Below, piece after piece: positions 1 through 11,743 of a stretch of DNA of 64,000 nucleotides. Within the stretch, counting starts at the first letter, position 1; each line of letters begins with the position of its first letter. Both the position numbers and the translations under genes were made by a program. The notes under the pieces are model-generated. The model was not told the origin of the DNA. It saw only the letters and a program-made list of their open reading frames with translations, and ran no database searches. The DNA comes from Octopus vulgaris (taxonomy: Eukaryota). The stretch covers positions 113,460,001-113,524,000 of the forward strand of contig OX597814.1 of NCBI GenBank assembly GCA_951406725.2, given 5' to 3'.

Positions 1-265
1 ACCACCAGCTCCACCGCCAAATACCTATCACCATCACCGGCTATCAATTTAACTAATATAATTGACTTGAAGTATATGCTAGTTAACAGCAACATATAAC
101 ACCAAAGACTAACATTTGCGTTCTTTTCAACACCAATCACTTCTCTCGTTAGTTTACACACAATACATACATACATACATACATACATACATACATACAT
201 ACATACATACATACATACATACATACATACATACATGCACATAGAATTCTACATCTAATTAAAAG

Positions 266-318
<53 letters not shown>

Positions 319-618
319 TATATATTTATGTATTTTTGTCTGTTAGATGCTTTTTGCATTAGTTGTTCTTGTTGAAACCCCCGCCTGTATCTTATTAGTA
401 ACTTCTGCATGTGTGGCCCTTCTTTATTGCACTCACAGTGATCTTTATTAATAGATTCGCTGCCCTTGCAAGTCTGATTATTAAACAGAATAAAAAGTGA
501 AAAACTGTTATTTCCACTTCAAACAATGATGAATTCAAATTTTGGTGCAGACACAGCGATTTTTGAGGGGATGGTTGACGGTGGTGGTGGTGTTGGGAGG
601 TGAGTCGATTCCATCGGC

Positions 619-855
619 GGTGGTAGTAGTACCATTAATTGTCGGAGCACTGGGAACAGTGAGCAAAAATCTTGAGAAGTACGTGGAACAACTAGGGGCT
701 GCAATAAGGGTGGAGCACTTGCAGAAAACAGCACTGCTTGGAACCGCTCGAATACTCTGGAAGGTGCTCGAAAAATAAGGGGTGTTACCTTAGTTCACTG
801 GTAGTGAACAGCTAACACCATAGTACTACTCCTGCGTTAGAAGTTGTGCAAAGGC

Positions 856-910
<55 letters not shown>

Positions 911-925
911 GTAATAATAATAACA
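619..925 (+). mobile_element. 5'-truncated R4/Dong-like non-LTR retrotransposon 3' end (restriction-like endonuclease C-terminus, 3' UTR, (TAA)n)
   Basis: VVPLIVGALGTV...LQKTALLGTARILWKVLEK* (stop 778) resembles the R4-clade RLE C-terminal motif; followed by an ~80-nt UTR and a (TAA)n tract at ~856-925, the known Dong target type. Confidence 0.75.
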
Positions 926-1026
926 ATGAATAATATTTGGCAAAGATACCCACATGTGAGTGGATTTGGTAGATGGAAAATGGAAGAAGTCTATCGTATA
1001 CATACATTCAGACATACATACATACA

Positions 1027-1058
<32 letters not shown>

Positions 1059-1089
1059 CATACATACATACACATATATATATATATAT

Positions 1090-1183
<94 letters not shown>

Positions 1184-1184
1184 C

Positions 1185-1372
1185 ATGACTGACCGCTAGC
1201 TCCAAATTTTTTTTTTATTCTCTCTCTGTTTATTTCCTCGTGTTTCTTTCTGCTGAAGAGCGAAGGCTCGAAACGTAAACGACTTTCTCACCTTCCTGAG
1301 CGTTAAACTATTACACTTGATTGCTGTTTATACACTTGCCTTCGTCTTTTGTTTTTCTGTCAATTTCAACTA
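1185..1372 (+). mobile_element. PLE pseudo-LTR-like short repeat (family H1) with minimal hammerhead-like motif at 1246-1281
   Basis: CTGCTGA-A-GAGC-gaag-GCTC-GAAA-CG-TA; homologous copies at 10330-10515, 54561-54720 and a 3' fragment at ~44828-44897; ends in (TA)n. Confidence 0.6.
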
Positions 1373-1407
1373 TATATATACACGCCCTTCGTATATGTAT
1401 GCATGTG

Positions 1408-1625
1408 TGTGTGTCTTTGTGATTATCCCCCACCGTTGCGTGACAACCGGTGTTGGTGTGTCTACATCCCGTATCTTTGCGGTTCGGCAAAAGAGTCCAA
1501 CAGAATAAGTACCAGGCTTAAAAGAAAACAAATATGTACTGGGGTCGATTCATTCGGTAAGAAATTTTGCAAGGCACTGCTCCAGCATGGCGTGGTCTAT
1601 AACTGTAGCAAATAAAAGATAAACG
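1408..1625 (+). mobile_element. SINE family A, 3' half
   Basis: Matches the 3' half of the full-length copy at 21320-21777. Confidence 0.7.
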
Positions 1626-2332
1626 AGAAATTTCTTTAATTATTTTCCTATTGAAAATTAGCATTCATTTTCTCATTTTGTACAAGCACCAAGAGAACTG
1701 ATAAGAGTTAAATTATGATTATTGTATGTATGCTATATTTCCTGATAGTAACCAGCATGGTAAAGGAATACTTCCAAAGTTACCCGTCATAAGACGTGTA
1801 ACTCTAGTACACAGAATTAAGGAGAAAATACAAGCTTACAAGATCTGATAATAAAAGGGTTTTTTATGATTTCTAATTACAAACAATACAACTGCTAACT
1901 CTGACGCCTTAACCCAATATAAACTGATAAAAAAATATGTTTTCTTACGAAATAAAAATGTCTCATAAATTGACTGAGTCAGACGATAAGTATGCAATGT
2001 TACACGTCGCCATTTTAAATTTTCTACTGTTGAACGTTCTTCAAACAAAATGTTGCTTTAGAGGCATATTTTTTAACGAAATTAAAGAAGGGCGTGGTAT
2101 CGATACTGTTTAGGTTTTTATTTCTAAATTGTTCACTTACCCCTCCAATTTATTGGTAGGGACGAATGTGTGTGTGTGTGTGTGTGTTAGAAGCCTCAGA
2201 GTATAATTCAGTACACAAGCTCATTGTTAGCGGGTAAATATATAGCTCATTAAAGTATGAATGTGCGTGCGTGGGTATATCTGTATGTGTGCGTTTGTGT
2301 ATGTGTGTATGTATATATGTATATTTATATAT

Positions 2333-2980
2333 CTTGCCAGAGCACGTTCTGTGGACCGTGCATCTGCTCTCTCCCCCTGAACCCGCCCTGCAGTCTCCCG
2401 CCTCCCTTTTCCTCTCCCCTATCACCCCACCACCCTACCTCTCCAATGCACCATTTTCCGAGCTTTCCGGCATCTCCAGTCCGACCCATCCACTTCACAC
2501 ATCTTTCCTAACCGACCCCTCCCCTCCTTCAAATGAGCCCACAACCTACGAGACCTCTTGGTCCACAGCTTCTTCCCCAACCCTACCTCCCAACCTGGCT
2601 CGTTCCCCTGCTCCCGCCCACGCTGCCGCACTTGCCCTTACCTCTCCAACACCACCCTCCTCACCAGCCCCCATCATCGACCCTATCGCATCATCGACTC
2701 CTTCACCTGCACCTCCAGTAATATCATCTATTGCATCTCCTGCTCTCTCTGTCATTCTCTGTACATCGGACAAACGGGACAGGGAGACATCCGCCTCGGC
2801 AATGGCACTCCGGTCTTACGCCATTTCCGCTCTACCGGTCACTCTTTGCAACACTTGTCCGTGTTCGGATTGTCCTTGCACAGAGGCCATCTGGATTCCC
2901 GTTTGCGCCGCGAACAGGGATTAAGCTTCTCTCTTCGCCCCTTTGTGCCATATGGGCTCGACTCTCCTCCCCTCTTCATT
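2333..2980 (+). pseudogene. Penelope-like element ORF relic: RT thumb/linker plus CCHH-type GIY-YIG endonuclease
   Basis: Single frame: ...LPYHP...SFK*AHNLRDLLVHS...PCSRPRCRTCPY...FTCTSSNIIYCISCSLCHSLYIGQTG...PVLRHF...GH...RLRREQ...PYGL; two in-frame TGA stops and an apparent in-frame deletion of the catalytic R/H segment after YIGQTG. Confidence 0.85.
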
Positions 2981-3019
2981 GAACCTCCTCCCCTTGCCTC
3001 TCTCCCCCTCCCTCATACA

Positions 3020-3577
3020 AGCGCAGCTCTTTGTCGGCAGTAAATAAAAATGCCGGCTTTTCAATTCGAAAATTATCCAGAAAAAAATTATCAATAATTA
3101 ATAATATCAAAGGGTAATCAGAAATATTAGAAATTGAAAAGCCGGCATTTTTATTTATAGCCGACAAGGAGCTGCGCTAGTGCGGTAGATTTGAAAAATT
3201 AGAATGTATAAGCACGGGGCATATACTGGATTGCCTTGTGTATATATATATTTAATCTAAGGTGTACCTACTGAAGAAGACTTCGCCTAGCAAATTATTT
3301 TATTTGCTAAAAAAGTCTGAAGCCATTGGTCCAGTTGTTAGATGGTAAATGTTTTTATTTTTCCTTCCCTTCGAAATTTTATCCCTAATAGTGGTTTGGA
3401 ATTTAACTGTCCTCTCTAGCGTACAAGGAGTCCTATGATGGATGCCTCTTATGCGTTTAAATGTACACTGTATTTATATGAATAATATATAGTCTATTGA
3501 CTAAATTATTACACGCTAGGCCACTGGTAATGGACATTTCTAACATTTCTTATTACCCTTTGATATTATTAATTATA
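3020..3577 (+). mobile_element. PLE pLTR-like element (family H2) with internal inversions and a degenerate hammerhead (~3268-3335)
   Basis: Inverted repeats 3020-3068/3132-3178 and 3094-3134/3536-3576; CTGAAGA-AGACTT..AAGTCT-GAAG-CCATTGG-TC; 3' part shared with minus-strand fragments at ~25480-25580 and ~60150-60262; ends in (TA)n. Confidence 0.55.
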
Positions 3578-3591
3578 TATATATATATATG

Positions 3592-3639
<48 letters not shown>

Positions 3640-3651
3640 ATACACACACAC

Positions 3652-3800
3652 AACAGGCTTCTATCAAATTCACTTATAAGGCATAGGTCGGTCCGAGGCT
3701 ATACTAGAAGAGATTTGCCCAGCATGCCACGCAGTAGGACTGAACCAAGTGGTTCAACCACGTGGTTGGACAGCGCACTTCTTAACTATGCATCAATGTC
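3652..3800 (-). mobile_element. SINE family A, 5' half (diverged)
   Basis: Reverse complement resembles the tRNA-like head of 21320-21480. Confidence 0.6.
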
Positions 3801-4320
3801 AGTGTGCTTCCTAAAAGAACCATTGGATGAGTTTTGATGTGATTTAAGGCGTCTGTTAAATTTGGAAATAACTTACATCTGATACAGAAGTGCCGGAAGG
3901 GGTGCGCTAACTCCGCGAGGAAGCTTGCCTCCTTATCAAGTATCACGTCTTGTGATGGTTTGGATAGAGTTAATTGCATCATCGTATCAGACTTCCTCAT
4001 CATTATTCTTATGGTGTGTTGGTCCTCGGTAAACGTCGCCATTCAGAAGCAAAGGAAGATATCGTGACGTCCTTATAGAAAAATCTTTTGTCTTCGAAAT
4101 TAAGACTGGAGTAAGTAGTTGAAAACCAGGAAGCATTGCTGTCAACAAGAAGTGTTACTTACAATATGAGCGATACAGAATTGCACATCGAATGGGGAAA
4201 CGGGAAGTCCCAGACTTTCCAGACAGCGCTTCCCAACAGATATTAATTCGTCTCTACTATCATTTCAATTCCCCTCCCCTCAACAAACGTAAATCCTGCT
4301 ACCAACTGACAAAATTTATA

Positions 4321-4372
<52 letters not shown>

Positions 4373-4375
<3 letters not shown>

Positions 4376-4754
4376 ATATATATAAACGGCAGTTTGTCTG
4401 TGCGTGTTTCTGTGTGTCTGTTTTCTCGTACCCTCACCCTGACCACGGCTTTCAACCGATTCTGATGAAACTTGACACACGCATAGCCCAATGTCATAAT
4501 TCAAAACTAACGCAGCGAAAATTTTGAAAAGTTCCCCCAGTTCTGAAAAAAATCGATAAATTCGACATGGGGTCGAGAATAAAAAAACAAACCACAGACT
4601 GTCTAGGGGACGCAACTCAACCTTTTTTACTCTCAAAAAAAAATTTACCATCATTTTTTTTCCATTTTTTTGCTATTTTTTGGCTATAACTCTCTAAAGA
4701 TGCTTTATAGTTATTTCCCTTACAAACCTGAGCAACGCCGGGCGATACTGCTAG
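4373..4754 (+). mobile_element. Non-autonomous Helitron
   Basis: 5' TC at 4373, 3' hairpin CCTGAGCAACGCCGGG followed by terminal CTAG (4751-4754), inserted between A and T; shares blocks with 10524-11442. Confidence 0.8.
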
Positions 4755-4755
4755 T

Positions 4756-7700
4756 ATTATATAAAAGGGCTTAGTAAAATAAATTACTTTGCCGCATACT
4801 GAACTCATTAGAAATAGCAGCTAAAAAACTTTTTTAAAACTATTTCTAATACTTAAAGAAAACCTCTCTCATATAGTGTTTGCTCAATTCAACTCACGAA
4901 AGTATGGGGGTAAAGACATCAAAAAATCAAATGCAAAGGTTATTTGAGAACGTACGTTTCAAGATTAGTCAACACGACACTTCTATCATCAGCTCAGAAA
5001 CTCCTTGGTTTGGATTTGAAAACACTGAAAGTGGGAGCATACCCTTTCGGCTTCCCATCGCTTCTGAAGATCTGCTCGCAACTAACAGTGCCAACAAACT
5101 CAAATATGCAAGCGAAGAATTTCTGTTCTCCCCTTTCCACCAGCGTGGGTTAAAATCAGTAAACACTATGCTTATTTCGGTAAAATCCGAAGCATTAATT
5201 AGAGAGAGATTAATTATAATTTCAACAATTGAGGGTAAAATTAATTAATTATTAATCAATTTCACCAAGTGTTCAGTATGCAAAGGGACCATTTAAGGCG
5301 AATTCAAATTATTACATTATATAAAAGGGCTTAGTAAAATAAATTACTTTGCCGCATACTGAACTCATTAGAAATAGCAGCTAAAAAACTTTTTAAAAAC
5401 TATTTCTAATACTTAAAGAAAACCTCTCTCATATAGTGTTTGCTCAATTCAACTCACGAAAGTATGGGGGTAAAGACATCAAAAAATCAAATGCAAAGGT
5501 TATTTGAGAACGTACGTTTCAAGATTAGTCAACACGACACTTCTATCATCAGCTCAGAAACTCCTTGGTTTGGATTTGAAAACACTGAAAGTGGGAGCAT
5601 ACCCTTTCGGCTTCCCATCGCTTCTGAAGATCTGCTCGCAACTAACAGTGCCAACAAACTCAAATATGCAAGCGAAGAATTTCTGTTCTCCTCTTTCCAC
5701 CAGCGTGGGTTAAAATCAGTAAACACTATGCTTATTTCGGTAAAATCCGAAGCATTAATTAGAGAGAGATTAATTATAATTTCAACAATTGAGGGTAAAA
5801 TTAATTAATTATTAATCAATTTCACCAAGTGTTCAGTATGCAAAGGGACCATTTAAGGCGAATTCAAATTATTACATTATATAAAAGGGCTTAGTAAAAT
5901 AAATTACTTTGCCGCATACTGAACTCATTAGAAATAGCAGCTAAAAAACTTTTTTAAAACTATTTCTAATACTTAAAGAAAACCTCTCTCATATAGTGTT
6001 TGCTCAATTCAACTCACGAAAGTATGGGGGTAAAGACATTAAAAAATCAAATGCAAAGGTTATTTGAGAACGTACGTTTCAAGATTAGTCAACACGACAC
6101 TTCTATCATCAGCTCAGAAACTCCTTGGTTTGGATTTGAAAACACTGAAAGTGGGAGCATACCCTTTCGGCTTCCCATCGCTTCTGAAGATCTGCTCGCA
6201 ACTAACAGTGCCAACAAACTCAAATATGCAAGCGAAGAATTTCTGTTCTCCTCTTTCCACCAGCGTGGGTTAAAATCAGTAAACACTATGCTTATTTCGG
6301 TAAAATCCGAAGCATTAATTAGAGAGAGATTAATTATAATTTCAACAATTGAGGGTAAAATTAATTAATTATTAATCAATTTCACCAAGTGTTCAGTATG
6401 CAAAGGGACCATTTAAGGCGAATTCAAATTATTACATTATATAAAAGGGCTTAGTAAAATAAATTACTTTGCCGCATACTGAACTCATTAGAAATAGCAG
6501 CTAAAAAACTTTTTTAAAACTATTTCTAATACTTAAAGAAAACCTCTCTCATATAGTGTTTGCTCAATTCAACTCACGAAAGTATGGGGGTAAAGACATC
6601 AAAAAATCAAATGCAAAGGTTATTTGAGAACGTACGTTTCAAGATTAGTCAACACGACACTTCTATCATCAGCTCAGAAACTCCTTGGTTTGGATTTGAA
6701 AACACTGAAAGTGGGAGCATACCCTTTCGGCTTCCCATCGCTTCTGAAGATCTGCTCGCAACTAACAGTGCCAACAAACTCAAATATGCAAGCGAAGAAT
6801 GTCTGTTCTCCCCTTTCCACCAGCGTGGGTTAAAATCAGTAAACACTATGCTTATTTCGGTAAAATCCGAAGCATTAATTAGAGAGAGATTAATTATAAT
6901 TTCAACAATTGAGGGTAAAATTAATTAATTATTAATCAATTTCACCAAGTGTTCAGTATGCAAAGGGACCATTTAAGGCGAATTCAAATTATTACATTAT
7001 ATAAAAGGGCTTAGTAAAATAAATTACTTTGCCGCATACTGAACTCATTAGAAATAGCAGCTAAAAAACTTTTTAAAAACTATTTCTAATACTTAAAGAA
7101 AACCTCTCTCATATAGTGTTTGCTCAATTCAACTCACGAAAGTATGGGGGTAAAGACATCAAAAAATCAAATGCAAAGGTTATTTGAGAACGTACGTTTC
7201 AAGATTAGTCAACACGACACTTCTATCATCAGCTCAGAAACTCCTTGGTTTGGATTTGAAAACACTGAAAGTGGGAGCATACCCTTTCGGCTTCCCATCG
7301 CTTCTGAAGATCTGCTCGCAACTAACAGTGCCAACAAACTCAAATATGCAAGCGAAGAATTTCTGTTCTCCCCTTTCCACCAGCGTGGGTTAAAATCAGT
7401 AAACACTATGCTTATTTCGGTAAAATCCGAAGCATTAATTAGAGAGAGATTAATTATAATTTCAACAATTGAGGGTAAAATTAATTAATTATTAATCAAT
7501 TTCACCAAGTGTTCAGTATGCAAAGGGACCATTTAAGGCGAATTCAAATTATTACATTATATAAAAGGGCTTAGTAAAATAAATTACTTTGCCGCATACT
7601 GAACTCATTAGAAATAGCAGCTAAAAAACTTTTTTAAAACTATTTCTAATACTTAAAGAAAACCTCTCTCATATAGTGTTTGCTCAATTCAACTCACGAA

Positions 7701-8165
7701 AGTATGGGGGTAAAGACATCAAAAAATCAAATGCAAAGGTTATTTGAGAACGTACGTTTCAAGATTAGTCAACACGACACTTCTATCATCAGCTCAGAAA
7801 CTCCTTGGTTTGGATTTGAAAACACTGAAAGTGGGAGCATACCCTTTCGGCTTCCATCGCTTCTGAAGATCTGCTCGCAACTAACAGTGCCAACAAACTC
7901 AAATATGCAAGCGAAGAATTTCTGTTCTCCCCTTTCCACCAGCGTGGGTTAAAATCAGTAAACACTATGCTTATTTCGGTAAAATCCGAAGCATTAATTA
8001 GAGAGAGATTAATTATAATTTCAACAATTGAGGGTAAAATTAATTAATTATTAATCAATTTCACCAAGTGTTCAGTATGCAAAGGGACCATTTAAGGCGA
8101 ATTCAAATTATTACATTATATAAAAGGGCTTAGTAAAATAAATTACTTTGCCGCATACTGAACTC
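4756..8165 (-). repeat. Tandem array of 560-bp units (6 full + 51-bp partial), each full unit carrying a type I hammerhead on the minus strand
   Basis: Units start at 4756, 5316, 5876, 6436, 6996, 7556 and 8115 (unit 6 has a 1-nt deletion); only a few substitutions between units. Confidence 0.97.
4945..4996 (-). ncRNA. Type I hammerhead ribozyme motif (also at 5505-5556, 6065-6116, 6625-6676, 7185-7236, 7745-7796)
   Basis: Minus strand: TGAG-CTGATGA-stem II (AGA..GTC/GAC..TCT)-GAAA-CGTACG-TT-CTCA; intact core, palindromic stem III AACGTACGTT, stem I TGAG/CTCA. Confidence 0.7.
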
Positions 8166-8709
8166 TAATCTAATTAATGCTTCGGATTTTACCGAAATAA
8201 GCATAGTGTTTACTGATTTTAACCCACGCTGGTGGAAACGGGAGAACAGAAATTCTTCGCTTGCATATTTGAGTTTGTTGGCACTGTTAGTTGCGAGTAG
8301 ATCTTCAGAAGCGATGGGAAGCCGAAAGGGTATGCTCCCACTTTCAGTGTTTTCAAATCCAAACCAAGGAGTTTCTGAGCTGATGATAGAAGTGTCGTGT
8401 TGACTAATCTTGAAACGTACGTTCTCAAATAACCTTTGCATTTGATTTTTTGATGTCTTTACCCCCATACTTTCGTGAGTTGAATTGAGCAAACACTATA
8501 TGAGAGAGGTTTTCTTTAAGTATTAGAAATAGTTTTAAAAAAGTTTTTTAGCTGCTATTTCTAATGAGTTCAGTATGCGGCAAAGTAATTTATTTTACTA
8601 AGCCCTTTTATATAATGTAATAATTTGAATTCGCCTTAAATGGTCCCTTTGCATACTGAACACTTGGTGAAATTGATTAATAATTAATTAATTTTACCCT
8701 CAATTTTTG

Positions 8710-8717
<8 letters not shown>
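8166..8717 (+). mobile_element. Inverted monomer of the 560-bp unit, ending in (TA)n
   Basis: Reverse complement of the array unit; ends ...TTTTACCCTCAATTTTTGAAATTATA followed by (TA)n. Confidence 0.95.
8376..8427 (+). ncRNA. Type I hammerhead ribozyme motif
   Basis: CTGATGA 8380-8386, GAAA 8412-8415, predicted GUU cleavage after 8423, stem I 8376-8379/8424-8427. Confidence 0.7.
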
Positions 8718-8798
<81 letters not shown>

Positions 8799-9072
8799 GT
8801 GTGTGTGTGTGTGTTTGTTGTCTGTCTCGTTTCTCTATTTGTTTCTTTCGTTGTTCGAAAAGAGTTCGTTTTCTGTTTTTTTTTATTTCTTACGTTCTCG
8901 TTTCTCATTTAGTTCACGTTTTTGATGTCCTGCACGCATATATGCATGTATATATACATGCATAGGTATGTACATATGTGTATGTATATATATATATGCA
9001 TATATTTATATATTATTTATATTGTTATATGATCGATCGAACGCCACACATCCATTTCCCAAAAAGTTTTAA

Positions 9073-9128
<56 letters not shown>

Positions 9129-9134
9129 ATACAT

Positions 9135-9185
<51 letters not shown>

Positions 9186-9187
<2 letters not shown>

Positions 9188-9371
9188 GCTTGACAACCGG
9201 TAGTGGTGTGTTTATGTCCCCGAAACTTAGCTGTTCAGCAAAGAGACCGCTAGAATAAGTACTAGGCTTACAAAATTAGTCCTCGGGCTACTTTGTTCGA
9301 CTAAAACCATTGAAGGTGGTGCTTCAGCATGGCCGCAGTCAAAAAGACCGAAAGAAGTAAAAGAATAAAAG

Positions 9372-9372
<1 letters not shown>
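9186..9372 (+). mobile_element. SINE family A, 3' half
   Basis: CCGCTTGACAACCG...GTGCTTCAGCATGGCCGCAGTC...AAAAGAATAAAAG. Confidence 0.7.
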
Positions 9373-9459
<87 letters not shown>

Positions 9460-9460
9460 A

Positions 9461-9492
<32 letters not shown>

Positions 9493-9671
9493 TTCTTGTC
9501 CTTATCTTTTTAATTTTAGAGTGATTTTTTGACCGGCCATTGACCGGTGGCCATCGACTTGGTGGCAAGGTTGATTTAATAGTCATCCTGTAAATCTTAC
9601 GAAGATCTTGCAGATTTTTATAGTCCCAGATATCCTGATCATTTGTAGTGTATGACTTAAGGATTTGGGTT

Positions 9672-10058
9672 CTCTCTCCACCAAAACCCAATATATATAT
9701 TAGTGAAGGTGAATGTATTGCTTTCAGTCGTGTTTGTTTGTTTGTCCGTTGAGAAGATATCTCAAGAATCACTGGATGGATTCTGATCAAACTTTCAGGG
9801 ATTTCTGACCTCGTGACTGGCACAAACTGATCAGATTTTGGGATCGATCCGGTACTGAACAAGGATTCTGGATTATTTTTCCATCTTTTTTTTTATCTAA
9901 TTTTTGAGAGCGGTCAGGTTCATTTTTATTTTTCTCGTTTGTGAGAGCAGTCGAGTTTATTTCAGATATTCTCATTTTAAAAATTATCTCTGGCTAATCG
10001 TTGAGAGGACGTTGGTGTTGCCTTGGCGGAGTTTTGCGCTCTCTGAGTGTTCTTGTTT
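9672..10058 (+). mobile_element. Helentron-associated non-autonomous element (HINE/DINE-1-like)
   Basis: GTTT microsatellite near the 5' end, 3' subTIR CCTTGGCGGAG followed by hairpin GCGCTCTCTGAGTG and a T-rich end; degenerate 5' subTIR CTCCACCAA. Confidence 0.6.
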
Positions 10059-10329
10059 ATTTGTAATTTACCTTTACCGGAACATACCCCTCGCATATTC
10101 CGAAATATATCAATGACTGTATATTTAATTAAAATGTGCATGTCTGAATAGCTGAAGAGCAGATTAAATATTCAGTTGGGTCCAATTAACTACATACATT
10201 ACCCGAATATCATTCTGCCAGTACTTCTATACCAAGTTTGGCATTCACTTACAATTGAAGTGTGTGCATTTCATTCCGATCTAACCAGGTGCCTCAACTT
10301 AACGTAACTTATTCAACTGAATCTTGTTA

Positions 10330-10515
10330 TATGATCGACTGCTAGCCACTAAAGCTTTTTCTATTCTCTTTGTTTATTTTCGCGTGTTCCTTTCTGTTGA
10401 AGAGCGTAGGCTCGAAACGTAAAAGACTTTCTCACCTGCCCGAGCGTTAAACTAATACACTTGCTTGTTGTTCATACACCTGTCTTCGTCTTTTGCTTTT
10501 TGTAAATTCCAACTA
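10330..10515 (+). mobile_element. Family H1 pLTR-like repeat with minimal hammerhead-like motif at 10390-10425
   Basis: CTTT-CTGTTGA-A-GAGC-gtag-GCTC-GAAA-CG-TA-AAAG. Confidence 0.6.
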
Positions 10516-10523
10516 TATATATA

Positions 10524-11442
10524 CTAGCAGCATAGCCCGGCGTTGCCCAGGTATGTAAGAGCCCCTAGTAGGCAACGACTAATCCCAATCTAGTCCTTTC
10601 CCTCTAGGGAACGAAGGCGCATGTGTAGGTTGCAATGTCTTCTCTTCACTCCCAAATAACTATCAAACAGCTATCGATAATTCAACCCAACTAATTCCTA
10701 CCAGGAAGAAATTACATTCGAGACTTTACCCCCAACACCGCAACTTCTGTTAATAGCTGCTGCAGCCGCAAGTTATTCGAATACTTTTTTTGTTTAAACT
10801 TTCTTTATAACTACCACCCCAAACGTTTAACCTTAAATTTTTGACGTACCCTAAGGGTCCTCGGACGCTACTTGCAAACTCTTGGTTTATTATAAACCGC
10901 TTTTGTCGTGTGCACCAAAAAACATTTTCCATTCGTTTGTTCAGTTTGGTTACTTTTGACTTTTTCATTGTTGTCACTCACATTGCTGCCCGCTTTTTTG
11001 CCGTTTTTGTATATTTTTATACATTTTGGGATACTTACCCCACGTGTTCCGAGAGTTAAAAAGGTCGAGTTGCATCCCCTAGACAGTCTGTGGTTTGTGT
11101 TTAATACACAAATCGGTTTGCTATGTGTGCCACATATGATTTAATTAACCGATTTTTTCCAGTAATAAAGTATCCTATTGGAATAAAAAGGGCCATATAG
11201 CTCCTTGGAGCAGACATGATGCTCGCTGTGAATTTTAAAAAAAAATTCCTGCCAATTTGTGAAAGATATTGTCGAAAATATGTCATCTTGAATTTGAACG
11301 CGATTTCCCAAAATGGCATGAATTTATCGATTTTTTCTGATGGTAGGGTATTGCATGGAAAAGTAACGTTAGAATTAAGTTTCTTAGGTAACATTAAGCT
11401 TCACCATGAGTTTGGTGAAAATCGATTGCAAGTTGTGAAAAC
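10524..11442 (-). mobile_element. Non-autonomous Helitron, 5' end lost
   Basis: CTAG at 10524-10527 with adjacent hairpin CCCGGCGTTGCCCAGG; blocks ~11051-11100 and ~11318-11340 are reverse complements of parts of 4373-4754. Confidence 0.7.
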
Positions 11443-11743
11443 TATGTTTTCGTATCCAATCCATTTTCATCTCCAGTCACAAGTTGTTTCAAAAAAGGCA
11501 TGCTTTCATTCTGTTTCAAAAGCATATCACAAACGGAATACCAGTCCAAGGCATTCTTTTCTGAGAGTTTGTGAGGGACCCATATATTTCTCGCTATAAT
11601 GTATGGGTCCCTCACAAACTTTCAGAAAAGAATTCCTTGGACTGGTATTCCGTTTGTGATATGCTTTTGAAACATAATGAAAGCATGCCTTTTTTGAAAC
11701 AACTTGTGACTGGAGATGAAAATGGATTGGATACGAAAACATA
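11443..11743. repeat. Palindrome: 146-bp arms (11443-11588 / 11598-11743), 9-nt spacer
   Basis: Arms are reverse complements with ~4 mismatches. Confidence 0.95.

Noticed and set aside
2534-2536. In-frame TGA as selenocysteine in the PLE ORF
   Set aside because: Falls at an expected Arg (FKR..NL), consistent with CGA>TGA decay in an already disrupted copy
2271-2924. 217-aa Pro/Ser-rich ORF
   Set aside because: Alternative frame of the C-rich PLE relic
4756-8165. CRISPR array or 5S/snRNA/histone-type tandem gene cluster
   Set aside because: No variable spacers, eukaryotic context, and no recognisable RNA-gene or histone sequence
4373-8165. Array as Helitron rolling-circle read-through product
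   Set aside because: The units contain no Helitron termini and the array end matches an end of the independent copy at 53704-53912; adjacency is better explained by shared AT-rich targets
4880-8492. 122-, 69- and 65-aa ORFs repeated in the 560-bp units
   Set aside because: No recognisable domain, non-ATG starts, frameshifted in unit 6; recurrence merely reflects unit identity
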